From Balanoglossus misakiensis (taxonomy: Eukaryota; Animalia; Hemichordata): a stretch of DNA of 64,000 nucleotides. Under the pieces are notes generated by a model that was not told the origin of the DNA, ran no database searches, and saw only the letters and a list, made by a program, of their open reading frames with translations. Location of the stretch: NCBI GenBank assembly GCA_040954595.2, contig CM082577.2:3906305-3970304 (forward strand), in the 5' to 3' direction. Shown piece by piece: positions 1-12,897 of this stretch (position 1 is its first letter; every line of letters begins with the position of its first letter). Both the position numbers and the translations under genes were made by a program.

Positions 1-1350
1 TGACTTTGCACTGGAGGGGAGATCACAAGCTAATCCGTGACTCGATCCTGGTGTCAATCCATCACTGATTCCGACAGCTGCATATCCTTTTGGCCTAATC
101 GTTTAAAAATCCAGTTATTTATAGTTGAACACCCAAGAATTACTATCTTTGTTATCCAATCTTCGCACGCACTCGAGGTAACTGTGTTTACTTTCAAGAA
201 GAGTTGCTGTAACTTGGATATGTTGTCATGATTTTCTGATTTACGTCGATGGTAATCCTTCAAATCTCACATCTCACATATTTTGTGTGTGTGACACTCC
301 TGTTCATTTTGCAATTTTTTCGCTTAATACAAAAATGAATATATCGAGCACAGATACATAGGACTTATTACTTACACTAAATTAAAACAGTTGTCCTATG
401 ATTTATGCCACTCTATGCAAAAAGCAAATGTCACTCAATCGTAGAAATTGATTACTCGGATACGATAATTCCTCGTAATTATAACTCACAAAGCCTTAAT
501 TGAAATAATCACCAGTTTCAAAATCTCATCTTTCGCTCATAAATGCTTGAAACCCATTATTACTTTTATCGCACCTGTGTCGGTCGATCTAACGGACCAT
601 CAAAAATCCATTATAGCGCAGCTGAGACGATGGAATGTCATAACGCAATGCTCACTGACAGTAATTGCACAATATCTAAATGAAAATCACACGTCAAAGA
701 TATTTATTCTCCATCGACTTGAATGCCACACCAAATGAGTCTTAATTAATTCCCAGAAGACAAAAAGGTTGGGGAAAAATTTCGAACTTATCAATTTTAG
801 TTGGTTTAATATAGACGTGAGAAATTGGCAATCAATGACGTGAATTTACAGTCAGTTCGATGCTACTGTATTATAAATCCTGATGGAAGTCCCAAATCGT
901 TGCCCATAATTTGCTGAAGTAAGCTTCTAAGTCAGTTTTTCTTTCAATTTCATACAAAACTAAGGGGTCCATACATGTGCAATTGCCTGATATTTTCTTA
1001 CTTTGTCTGATATCCGTATACATTTCATTAAACTCGACAGAGCAGATTACCCAGCCAAGCCATGGGAACGATTTAGATTTAATTCAATTTCTGGCGAATT
1101 AAGCAACTATATTGTTACATTAAGGCAATATAAGGCCACCGGTATCTATCGGCCTATCTCCTCAGGATTCCAATTTACCTTAAACAAACATGGAGAGCCA
1201 AGTTCCTGATAATATAAGCTTATCACGAGGGAATTTGCACTTTACAGGTTAAATTCATTTTTAGATTCACATTTTAACATTTTATATGGGCGGGACACCT
1301 ACTATAAAACTCACTATACGTTTTTCTCTCTCTCTCTTTTCTTCCTTCAG

Positions 1351-4300
1351 AATCCAAAGTCAATAGCAGATATTTCACACTTACAAGCATCCTTAGAAGA
1401 TACATGCAAAGTAATGCTTAAATTTCTGGAACACTTCGGATGGCGATACGCCACGCTTATTATTGGCACTGATCCTATTTCTTTGGAGTTCGCAATTGCC
1501 ATGAAATATGTCATTCAAACTGAATTCAATTTAACAAAAGTTGTTGTGGACTCTGTAGACTTTCACACAGACATAGACAGCCATGTTGCCAGCCTGTACA
1601 ATGGAGACAGCGCTATTTTCCTGGTGTACACGAACTTCGTCAACGCCAAACTACTCTTCCAAGCGGCGGAGAAACACAAACTTCTCGGAGAAGGATTTGT
1701 GTGGATTACGGCAGGGGCAGTTATGGACGACACGGACGTTCTTTCTGAGCATTTCCCCGGGGGATTCTTGGGCGTAAAGCACAGGAACCCAGACTATGAC
1801 GTGATCAGAAAGATCAGGGATGCCGCCAGTGTGTACGAGGCGGCCATTTTGGATTATGCAAATAAGGGCAATGACGTTTCACAGCTGCAAGCGCCAGGGT
1901 GCGAACGGAATGACGTCTTTCAGGAAATTGTAAACGTTTCACTTGTCCCTTATCTGACCCGCCAAGTTTTAAACAGAAATGGTCGACTTTTTAGTCCTAA
2001 ATATACCATTGTTAATATTGACATGAATTCAAACATGAAGCAGGTGAGTTGGAATCATTTTGCATAATTCTATTCATTGGAGGATAAGTTTCAGATGAGC
2101 ATATATTGAATATTTTAGCAATTAGTTCAATTTTCGAGATTCTTACGAGACATACAAAAACGAGGCTGAGGATGAGCATGTACTGTGCACACTGACTGAG
2201 AGTAAGCATTCGGTGACTGATAAGTGTATTATTATCCATACACTTTATTGTTCCATGACGCCCCCCGTGGTCCAAGCTGCTTTCACTATCACTCAGTGAA
2301 CAACCCGCCATGTGTTGTTCACCCTCAGCCTCGTTTTGAACTATTCTCACGCCCTGTTCGAGAATCTCTCCGGATCTTGAAAACTTACCTGTCATTTTTA
2401 AGTTTATGGCGCTGGAACTACTGTAAAACACTTTATTTCTCGTGAGTTGAAATTTTCGCAATATCGAGAGAGGCCACCGTGTTGCGAGTATTAATTTTCG
2501 CGTTGTCTTATTTCATTCACTGCACCGTTATCTTTAAAAAAAATGTACGCAACTTTTTATTTTCATGCTATTTTGGCTCTCGCGTGTTTGGTGAAAATTT
2601 ATTGCTCGCGAAAATAAAGTGTTTTACAATATATTCTCGTATTCAAGGTTTACAGTCGACAACATAACTTCTTAGTGTGGCACTTCTTAAGATTCGTACT
2701 TCCTTTCCTTAATTTGTTTTTTTCGAAGGTTGGAACCTGGCAAAACAATGAGATTCATGTGGAACACATTACCTGGCTAGGAAATTACCAGCTGATGGGC
2801 CACGGGAATGGTCACGACGCTCTGCAGCAAAGGTTGCGAATCGTTACCGTAGAAGAAATGCCGTTCATCAACGCTCTGCCCCTCGGCGACAATGTATACG
2901 AGAGCCAGTGTTCCACCGGTGTCCTCTGCAAGAAGGAGGGTGAAAATGGGTGAGTGACGGGTCGCAAGCATTTGCGTTGTTCTCACGCAGACAGAAAAAG
3001 ATGAAAATCAATACAAGTCAGTTATCGCAACTCGTAACGGTGCAGCCTCGTAAGTTTACAAGGTTGTCACCAAAATGTGGTGATGACGTCTATGTATAAA
3101 CACAGCGTTAGTAGAGATTTGCATATCATGGCTGCCTAGTCGGATGCCTCCGCACATACCCTATTTTTTCTTCAAGAATACTGCGTATATAGCACTCCGG
3201 TTGTAAATATTTTGGCGTAACGTCATTGCGGTTCGCAGAAACTGACTTTTAGCCGTATGGTACGAAAACTAAAACGGCCGAAGTCCTCGACAAGCTCCTA
3301 TCAATCCTATTTTGAAATGAAAAAAAAAACAATAAAAAAAAAAAACAGCGTTAGTATGTTCTCGTTTGCTTGACAATACACACTACTACTTATATCTTGC
3401 TTTTGTAGTGTATTTTGCTGTGGTGGCTATGCCATCGACCTGTTGAAAGAACTGAAGCGTAGAGTCGACTTCGAGTACGACCTCTTTGTGATGAAGAATT
3501 ACGGCAGGTTCATCATGGAGAGCCGGCAGTGGAACGGAGTTGTGGGAGACCTGGTTTACGGGAAGGCAGATATGGTGGTTGGCGGCCTGAAGCTGTCATC
3601 GGAGAGGCAGAGGGTCATAGACTATTCCGTTCCGTTCATGGCGAGCGGCGTTTCGGTTATCGTGGAGCAGTCACGTGGGAAGACTCCCGCAAGAGCCGTT
3701 TGGGGTAAGTTTGTTGGGCATCGAATGCGTGTAGTTTAACGCGTACATACACTTGCAGGTTTGTCATTAGGTAGACTGAAAGATTCAGTCAAGTGCTACC
3801 CTTGCAAAATTCCAATAAAAACGATTGGCTAGCTGCACTCGAGCAAACTCGACAAGGGTAATCAACAAGTTTTGTTCGTGTGAGTTGGGTCGTGGAATTT
3901 GTGGTGATTGCGGTTGCTTTTGGGAAAACAAGACAAGTGGAGGGGGTGGACAAAATGACACAAAGACACCTTAAATTCAATGAAAGAAAATATAATGAAC
4001 AGTAATCCTATCAAAATTCAAAATGTACCGGTCCAGCTATGAGTCACTGCACAGTTCAACAGTATAGAAACGAATGTGAAGCGAAATCGAGTTTCGACGT
4101 TGAGGGCGCTATCCAACAAGCAACAGTCGCGTCGATCCGCTTCTAAAATCCAACGAAGAGTTTCTCCCTCTTTCAATGAGAATAACTTTACTGTCCAAAA
4201 TTCGCTTATCGAGAACGCTCTGATTGCCTTTGAACATGAAGTGAAGCTCGAAGACAAAGCGATGATCATTTCCGTGAATGACAAATCGACTAAAGGGTCG

Positions 4301-7300
4301 AGTGTTCCCGCTCGTAATTGATTCGTTCAAAGTTTTCGATGTTGGGGGTTAAATTATGCGACTCGAATTTGCATTGAACACGCTCGAAGAAACTTGAATG
4401 GCCGTAAAATTTATCAAATCCAGTCCGATTTCTACACGACTAGCGTTAATGGAATCGTACTTACATCAGCTTTCAGTTCGTGACGCATCAACGTTGAGAA
4501 TCCTGCGCGAGTATCCGTTAGTCGTTGGATCTCGGCGATCGGTGTGTCTCAGCAATCAGCGTGACCGTTAACGGTTCGTTTAGGTTCAGCAGACCTGTCG
4601 TTCGAAATAGTCGATGAAATGCTTCTCACGTCGGGATTTCTGGAAGAAAAGTTCAAATAATGTTAGTATAACATCCGGCTCTCCTCGATTTCCATTTAAG
4701 ATGCAATTTCATCGCATAATTCTGCCGATGGTTAGGATTTTTGTGGAGACTCCACTCACATCAAGTCAACCGGACAACGGCCATATTAAAAAAGGCCAAT
4801 TTCACTAATCACTAGTTCCTCGCCGTATTACACCCGCCAAACTTTTGGCGAATACATGCGAGACTGCAGAGACGGAGCGAATTCAACCATTCCAGAAGCA
4901 AATATTCCATCAATAACAATGAAAGAGCTTTCATACAGAAACATCGCACCTTGAAATCCAATACCTCATAAGAAATACAGTCAACACCAGCGGACTACTT
5001 CAATTGCGTAGTCACAATAAAAGTTCAAGTCGGTAATTAGAAGTGTATCAAATATACGATATACGTGGGGTCATTCCACTACGCTGTGAGGGGTGCAAAT
5101 TTAATGATATATATACAAGCACTTCTCCGATTGCGGATCATCGGTGCGCCCTCGCGTGACTGAAACTTCCAGTCTTGCCACTCAAGATTTACACCACGAA
5201 CTGCAGGTGTTTTTGTTACGTGTGCACATGTAAATACATACGCACAATGTTTTCATTTAATTAACAGCAAAGGAACCCAGCACTGGATAGGCCTGTTATC
5301 AAGAAATAGCTGTAAATTCAGCGCCACGTGTACTTTGGCGCGAGTCAGTTGCTGCTACTGTTTGAACTACTGAATCACAACAGCATTTTTCCAAAAATGA
5401 TCCCATATGAACATCTCATTTACTACTTTGATACCCCAGTAAATAAAAGCCTGTGTACAATTCGGTGAAAATTTCGCTTAATTCTTTATTTGTATATTTT
5501 ATTCAGATCCATTTAACTTTTTAGTGTGGATAATGGCCCTTGTAGTGTTCCTTGGTATTACCAGCCTCATCGTGTTTTTCTTTGAATGGTACAGTCCAAC
5601 TGGATATGCACGAAAATATACGGAGCCAAAAGGTAGGTGTATCATCAGCCATGTAGCAAATATAAATAAAGCTTTCCAAATGTGCTTGCTCGTTCTTGTG
5701 GTTTCCAATGGCCAAACATAGCGTTGCAACGCTAACTTTGATTAAACTTTGACTCAAGTCATAGCACACGATTTGTTACGTGTGCACATGTATATACATA
5801 TGCGCACAATGTTTTCATATAATTAACAACAAAGGAACCCAGCACTGGATAGGCCTGTTACCACACGATTTTTATGAAATTTTCTCTCTTTTTTATACTT
5901 CAACAAGGCTCCAATTTCACGGTGGAAGATTCCATATGGATGACCTGGGCCTTGGTGTTCAACAACTCTCTTCCACACCGCGTTCCAAAAAGCCTGTCCG
6001 GCAAATTCATGGCGACCGTGTGGGCATTTTACTCGCTGGTTTTCATCGCCCTCTACACTGCCAATTTGACAGCTCACATGATTAAGGTGGAAACCAAATT
6101 ACCGATAAAGGGATTTATGGACTCAAAGGTGGGTAATGGAGAGGTAATTTCACGAGCGAAGACACTTTTTGTTATTTCATTCCATATATCTTAACCCCTT
6201 TGTTAACTCTCCTTGTCTCCTCTCAGATACAAAACCCGTATTCGGCCAACTCGCCCATCAAATACGCCACGGTCAAGAACACGAACACCGAAAGTCTCAT
6301 CGCCTCATTCAATACCAGGATGCATAGTTACATGCAGCCGTTCATGGTAACGTCTGCTAAGGAGGGGATAGAGGATTTAGACGAAGGGTAAGAATACTTG
6401 CGTTTTCTGCCACAAGAGGGAGCTCGAGGGTTTATTGGCTTCATACGCCACCCTCATCGTATTGCTACCCTAACTCTCCGATTCATAAAAAATTAAAGAT
6501 AGACCTACTAAACTTTATTTTACGTTTCCATTTTTTAAAGAAAACTTGATGTTTTTATCTACGACGCCATGGTGGCTGAGTACCTTAGCAGTCGCGACCA
6601 CCAGTGCGATCTCATCACAGTCGACAGTGCATTCGCTATGACGGGCTATGCAGTGGCGTTTACCAGAGGATCGCCGTGGAGGCCTAAAATCGACGAAGCC
6701 CTCTTAGAGTTTATTGATAACGGTGGGTTGTTTATTGTACAGGTTTTGGTAAAACTCTAACACGTCGCAATATAATCCATCTGGTTTACTGGTATATTTA
6801 TTTAAATTCCATGTAGGATTCCTCAATACATTGCGAGCAAAATGGTTCAATTTGGATGCCTGCTTGAAAAGGGAATCGGCTACCAAGCGAACTGATCATC
6901 TTGGGCCGGACAACGTTTCGGGAGCCTTCTTCTTTCTCGGCGGCGGGTTGGCGGCCAGCGTGTTCGTCATACTCGGCGAGTTCTTTCTCTACAAATACGC
7001 GAAGCCCTGCTTTGTGCGAGTTTTCAAAGAAAGGGAGTTGATGTCTTTGATTAGCGAGGTAAGTATTGGTAAAAGCTGTAACGCTACAGAAAGAAGCAAA
7101 TGTTTCTTTCAGCTGTCAAACAATCTGGGTTAAAGACACTGACAGTGATTTGCCACTGTCGAGCGAGGCTAGGATTATTCTATGCTAGCTATTCTCTTTG
7201 AGCGCATCTGATCATCGCCATTTTTGGTTCAGAAACAGTAGATTCTGTCTGATTATCTGCGTTTTTCTAGCACATCAACTTCACAGAGTATACAGAAAGT

Positions 7301-8697
7301 GACAGTTTGCACGTCAGAAATTACATGCAGTGGTTTGTGATTGATATATTGAGACACGTGGCCGCAACTAATACCCATTCTCATTACCTGCTCAGACCAT
7401 AGGGAAATTATTCTACCCTAACCAATCGCTGGAGACGGTCACGTGCTGCGAGACGTGCTACCAGGAAATCTTAGTGAAGAGAGAACGTCTGGAGGAGAAC
7501 AATGCGAGAATCAAAGAGCTGGAAAAGTTGCTAGGAGACGGGTAAGGTTTGGTTCAGTATCAGAGTGGACTACATTTCGCGTACTATCATCGTCGATCGC
7601 CATTCGGCATGTAGCTTTAAAAGGGAAACGTCATTGTGACGTAATGTGTCATGATGTCAATTATTACTGAATAGCATGTAATTATGAACTCTTTACTGGT
7701 ACAAGTAGAGAGTTCATAATTGCATGTAGGCTTACATGTTTTCATCATTGTAAGTTCGGCGAGAATGTGATAGACGCTTGATGTTGACACGGTGAATGTG
7801 ATTTACTTTCAACTGAATTATTCATCCACTGGGCGGTAATCGTTTGCTTTTTGATACAGCTGATATCAACATCGCCTTTCTAACGAAGAAATATACTCAG
7901 CGCGACCTTGCTTTTTTTTCTCAATGCAATAGTCTTGGAAATAAGGGTTGGTTCCCACGGGGACAGTATCATTGGAAATGTATGTGCCACGGTTTTCCCT
8001 GTCCCTTTCAGATCATGAAGATTTTTGACCAGGATCATGATAAAATGTTGACTTTAACCTTTGTGTTTGACTTTTTGATCTTTGTTCTGTTGAGTTATTT
8101 CTACACCTTTTTAATACTGTTCAATTTGATGGTGATGGTGCTGGTTTGTTTTTTATTTGTTAACGTCGTGACATTTACGCTAACCAAGGGACAGCTAATA
8201 TTGATGATGAGATCCGCTGGGAATACAGGTTGACTAACCCCAAACAAATGTATGTGATTGTGCTATGCCCGTCAATTCAATCGCATGGATTTTGAGGGCC
8301 CGGAATTTCGGAAATCTGGAAATCGCGACAACCCCCCCCCCCCCCCCCCAGTCATGATAACTACTGATAAAATGAATTTATGAAGAAAATAAACTCTTCA
8401 TCGCTTTCTCCATAAGTTTTCCCTTACAAATACAAGATTCAAGTTTTCGATTAATGCTATTTTACCCATTATCAGTCCTCTAAGCCACTGCTTGCTGCTC
8501 AATGTATGCCATTGTCTTGTGTTGTTGTTTTTTGCAGCAACAATAAAGCGGAGAGCTCCAACGGACAAAGCCAGGCCGCCCCCATCTGGCACGCGTGCAC
8601 CCGCGAGGCCGACAAATCCAGTAATCCAGACGAGGCCGGCACTCAAGCCATTAAACACGCGCATGCGGAACTTGTTTCGATGGAAACTACCCTTTAA
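1351..8697 (+). CDS. GRIN2: NMDA-type ionotropic glutamate receptor GluN2-like subunit, paralog 1 (5'-partial). Exons 1351-2043, 2729-2949, 3409-3704, 5507-5632, 5908-6128, 6227-6387, 6541-6722, 6817-7058, 7396-7541, 8538-8697
   Basis: GT-AG exons join in phase (2448 nt = 815 aa + stop). Motifs: ATD (FVWI), S1 IVTVEEMPF with loop-1 cysteines (CSTGVLC..FCCGGY), WNGVVGDL..ER..IDYSVPF, M1 FFFEWYSP, M2 pore WALVFNNS, M3 LYTANLTAHMI, S2 YATVKNTNTE / IYDA / TGYAVA, M4, PDZ-ligand end ETTL*. The first coding exon lies upstream of the window. Confidence 0.93.
2421..2629. mobile_element. Tc1/mariner-type MITE (about 209 bp)
   Basis: Left end CTGTAAAACACTTTATTTCTCGTGAG and right end CTCGCGAAAATAAAGTGTTTTACAA are imperfect inverted repeats, each flanked by TA. 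A reverse-complement copy of the left end is at 46563-46617. Confidence 0.75.
3114..3344 (+). mobile_element. Poly(A)-tailed retroposon insertion (5'-truncated LINE or SINE)
   Basis: Ends in an A-rich tail containing AATAAA. Flanked by an exact 12-bp direct repeat ACAGCGTTAGTA (3102-3113 and 3345-3356). Confidence 0.75.
5212..5860 (+). repeat. Direct repeat pair of about 88 bp (5212-5298 and 5772-5860) flanking the M1 exon of paralog 1
   Basis: TTTGTTACGTGTGCACATGTA...AAAGGAACCCAGCACTGGATAGGCCTGTTA is present twice with few differences. Confidence 0.85.
7675..7726 (+). repeat. 52-nt inverted repeat / hairpin in the last intron of paralog 1
   Basis: CATGTAATTATGAACTCTTTACT-ggtaca-AGTAGAGAGTTCATAATTGCATG: 23-bp stem with 21 Watson-Crick pairs and 2 U:G pairs. 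Confidence 0.85.
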
Positions 8698-11600
8698 AGA
8701 GGAGATCACTTCAGATATGGAAACGATAGAGATCTCGGCGGGACCCAAGAGACTGCACGCCGTGGTTTCTTTATTACACGTTGGGTAAACTATCAGGAGC
8801 AAATAATCCGATTAAAAACGGAGAAATGGCAGAACTGATTCTTTGGCATGTATTCCCATGCATTGGTACAGTGTCAATCTGCTTTTAAAGTTCATATGAT
8901 AAAGTTAAAAAGAATGACATCTTTCCATTGCGATACCAAGAAACCAACAACTCACACAAACGGCATACGAACAATTTAAAAATCAATATTAACATTGCAT
9001 CAGTATTTTAAATTAGATAGTCAACGAAATAGCAAACAATACAGAGGAGATACGTGAAGGGTCTCAACTATCTCGATAGGTTAATTATGTACTTGAAATA
9101 ATTTCACGAAAAGTTATTTCATTTCAATAGGGCTCATCGGTCCTGCCAGCAAATGTCAATATTATGTTGAACAAATATAACCAGCCTGGCGTGCGTGTCA
9201 CGCGTCACGTTATACAGTCAGACACCGGGCGGAAAGTAAACGCTGCAGCTTGTATGAGAAGCACGATGCTGTTATTTTCTGTTCGAACCCAATTACCCTT
9301 AACGGTCGCGCAAGAATAAGATGGTACCGAAGTGATATCATTTCCACGTATTAGTTTTGCTTGTTTAACGATGCTACGGACTATAAGTTACGACGATTCA
9401 AAGGAACATGGTAATTCAGCAATCGGGCGATTGGTGGCAAATTCGGCTAGGTTTAATCAGTATATTGCTGTATTGCTCTAAATCTGACGAATATCCTTAT
9501 TACAACGGTCGCAGAAGTCGCCACCATTTGACGTTATTTCAGCTCCTTTTGTTTCACATGGACTCCTGCCTGTAACGCAGAGACATACCACACACCATCA
9601 CTGTTTCCATCACTGTCACACAACCCTACACTTTCCCGTAATAAATGAATACATACTTTCTGAAAGGGTCTGTTTTGTATTTCGCCTCCTCATGCTGTGC
9701 GATCGATGATTCATCATCGACGGTTGCTTCCTCGAGTTAAACTGAAATTTATAGTCCCGGCGGACGCTTTAAGAGTACACTGCGAGGTCGAAGAAGACCA
9801 AGTGATATGCACACTTCAAGATCTATATGCACGAAATTGTTAGGCAGCTGTCTTATAGTCAAATAACGGTAAATTTGAGTCAATCTGTTTATGTAATCCA
9901 AACGTTTGAGTGGAAACCCCAAATTATGTGTGATTGCTTGTCACCATTTTCAAAACATGGCAGTATTAAAGTGTAGTTTCCTTGAATTTAAATATCAGGT
10001 ACTTGTGTACTTTGATGTATGATTCTGAATCACGATCGCGACGACATGAGCAGCTTCTCACATCAAGCGAAGGCAGCCATTACTGTCGAAAGATTGTGAC
10101 CTTGTCACAATAATGGGCACACAAAGCAAGTAATGTGTTTTTGCTAATGGTGTGAATATGAAGACATCTTGCCTGTCGGTTTTTGTGGACGCGTAAATGT
10201 CGCCCCATTAACACGCCGTTTGCTGACCGCCGCGTTGAGATTTTAAATTTTACGATGAGTTCAGCGAAAGGGGTGATTTCAGAGTGCCTTGGGAGAAGAA
10301 AGGCACAGTCTGACGTATTCGTGAATAATGCTCGGCTAGAATTGTGGCGTCAACGAGGACCCTAATAATGTCACAGAGAGTTAGTGCGCGTGCTTTATAT
10401 GTCAAAAATGTTCAACTTGTTTCAGGGAGCGAAATAGTGGGCGCTGCTGGCGCGCGAGGATTGCTTCCTCTATAGACAATTTTGGAATTTGAAAAAGGTA
10501 CGTCACATGTTAATATGAAGAACTGATTATTACTCGTTTCATCGTCACCTCAAAAATGCGAAGCATCCCGTAAAAGAAATTTATTTGTTTTCATTATGCG
10601 GATTTTTTTTCAACGGTCAGGTACGACACGAGGCAGTACGGACATCTTGATTGCGTACATCCTCTAATTAAACAACGACACATCGCACTCGCTGTGAGAT
10701 GCATGCCAATGCCATCCTGGAGACCAAAAAATATTTGGCTGACAACGAAAACCTGTCATTCGTGCAATAACATTTCAGACAGCACTGCATACAATTTGGG
10801 GCCTCTTAAAAGGACGGAATTACACATCGAAGGTTTTGTATAGATGACATGTATTTTCGAGACGCTGAGGTGACCTTTATCTTTGTGTCATCACTGCAGA
10901 AGTATGTGCAAAGCATATCTAAATATATGAAAATTGCAACGTGAGACTACAATAACATTAGCTATTTCCAGCAGACGTCTAGCTTTTACCAAGACGTTTC
11001 AGTATTTCGCGAAGTCGGTGCGTGGACGCACAGACAGTCCCGTCGGACAAACTGCACGTGCACCGTGACGTGCACCTGTCTTACGCCGCTTTTAAATTTC
11101 TGAAACGGGACAGATGTACTGCGATCGATTTTGTCTGTCCTTTGCATGACATGAAATTTTCGCGATAGCGGTATGGCATTTGCAGAACTTCGTAAGGGTG
11201 GACTGACGATATTAAGGTTTTGATTCACAGTTCTTGTTACAGGACTGAGCATTTCCCTCGACCATTACAGATTCATGAGGCATGCACGATCACCTACACG
11301 ACATCGCTTTTCATTTGTGTAATTTCATATATTCAAGGGTTGACTTTCTAAGCTTAATGAACCATGATGATTATATCCGATCGTCAGATCACCGCGTTCG
11401 TTTTGCTTGCATGTGCGCGTTCTCAGAGTGACCCAACTTCGGCCTAGTCGAATTGTTCTATTGGCCACATGGTGACTCAGATAGCTTCGACCCAGCAAGA
11501 CCCCGCATTTTAGGTGGCGCGCTGATCGGAGTGCGTGAGAGAACACATTCAACTGATCGAGTATAAACGCTGTAGATGATGTTAGGCGGAATGCGAACGC

Positions 11601-12897
11601 ATGAAAAGAAAACTGATTGACAACCTAGGCATGCTTGTCACCGAGACGCACTTGCTTTGCCATTTGCCAATTTTGCGAAAGAACAATTCAGTTTAACGAG
11701 CCGGGGACAATTTGTAGGACACCTGAACGCGCAGTAGTGTTTGTTATTCGCTGCTGCGCTGTGCCTTGAAATGCAAAATAGTCGGGTTTGCCCTGTCAAG
11801 CCTAGCCTCAAGACTGCAAGAAAACTGATCATCGTGACGTGTACACACTTTCACAGTACCGTCAGAAATTGCTGTTTGCGAGGCAGTGAAAAATGGCAAC
11901 CGTGAGATCGGGTATTTGACTTCTCCGGTTTTATGACTATAGTTTTTGAAGTTTTTATTAAGCATTCGTTAGTTGAGTCGTGGAAATTACCATTGACTAT
12001 AATATGGTTAATTGTTCATATTCTATATTGGAACGTCCTTGACGGATGGCCTCCGATGCTTTTTGACAATGTTTCCCAATCTGCTAATTACGTTATTCGC
12101 CTTCAGCGCTGGCCTCATACCAAAATCCATCTGGCAGTTGACGAAAGAATAGTTTGTTCTGGTTGTTGTTGTGTTGGTGTGTGCATGCATTGATATTTTT
12201 AAGGACACCAACAACAAGTCACGTGTTCATATTTTGATTAATGCATCACAATCTATTGTCGCCTAATACCAGTCGCACCGCTTCTAAACTGCCCTCGACT
12301 TCGATCCGTCCACCCCTCGAATAAAGTCAACCGTTCCACCTCTCCCCGGCAAAAGCTAAACACGCACACAACCGCGCGCGCTGTAGTGGCTCTGGTATAC
12401 CAGCAGATTGAATGTTCGTCGACGACCTCCGAAGCTCCACACTCTCCAGAGCGCACGTTTCGGCATTTGCGTCTCCCCTCGACACGAGCGATAGCAATTT
12501 GTGTGACTGCATCGCTTCGAGTAACCCAGGGCTACTAATTTGTACAAAAAAACTAGCATTTGTTATTATTTCAGATGGGATTACATGGGATGACGACAAA
12601 AAGTGTCGCCTTTCCCTTGCCACGAGCGTCAGGGGGATCTCGAAGTATTCTCTCGACTAATCTGTTTCGCCGCAACTTGTAACTCTCTGAGTTCGGTCGA
12701 CGGACAACATCGTAAGGGACGAGCGAATGTGTGTTTTCAACTGATTTCCATTTTCCATCTTCTCCGGATGTTCACCATACCCGGAGATGACTCGACTGTC
12801 CGCCGGATCTCTATGGGCGCTCGGTTATAATCTTTACTAACAGACCGCCTCCTCGTCGCATTTGCTCAGTGCAGCCCACACCCGTGAACTGATTGTC

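Noticed and set aside
3581-3607. Lys at the GluN2A T513 position (GGLKLSSER; AAVKMSSDR in paralog 2) as a novel ligand-site change
   Set aside because: From memory, other invertebrate GluN2s such as C. elegans NMR-2 also have Lys here, so it is probably ancestral rather than novel.
8492-8788. 98-aa plus-strand ORF and overlapping 134-aa minus-strand ORF
   Set aside because: These are off-frame or antisense shadows of the real terminal exon (8538-8697), whose frame is fixed by splice phase and the ETTL end.
12813-12830. uORF MGARL* upstream of the paralog 2 start codon
   Set aside because: The TSS and 5' UTR splicing are unknown, so I cannot show it lies in the mRNA.
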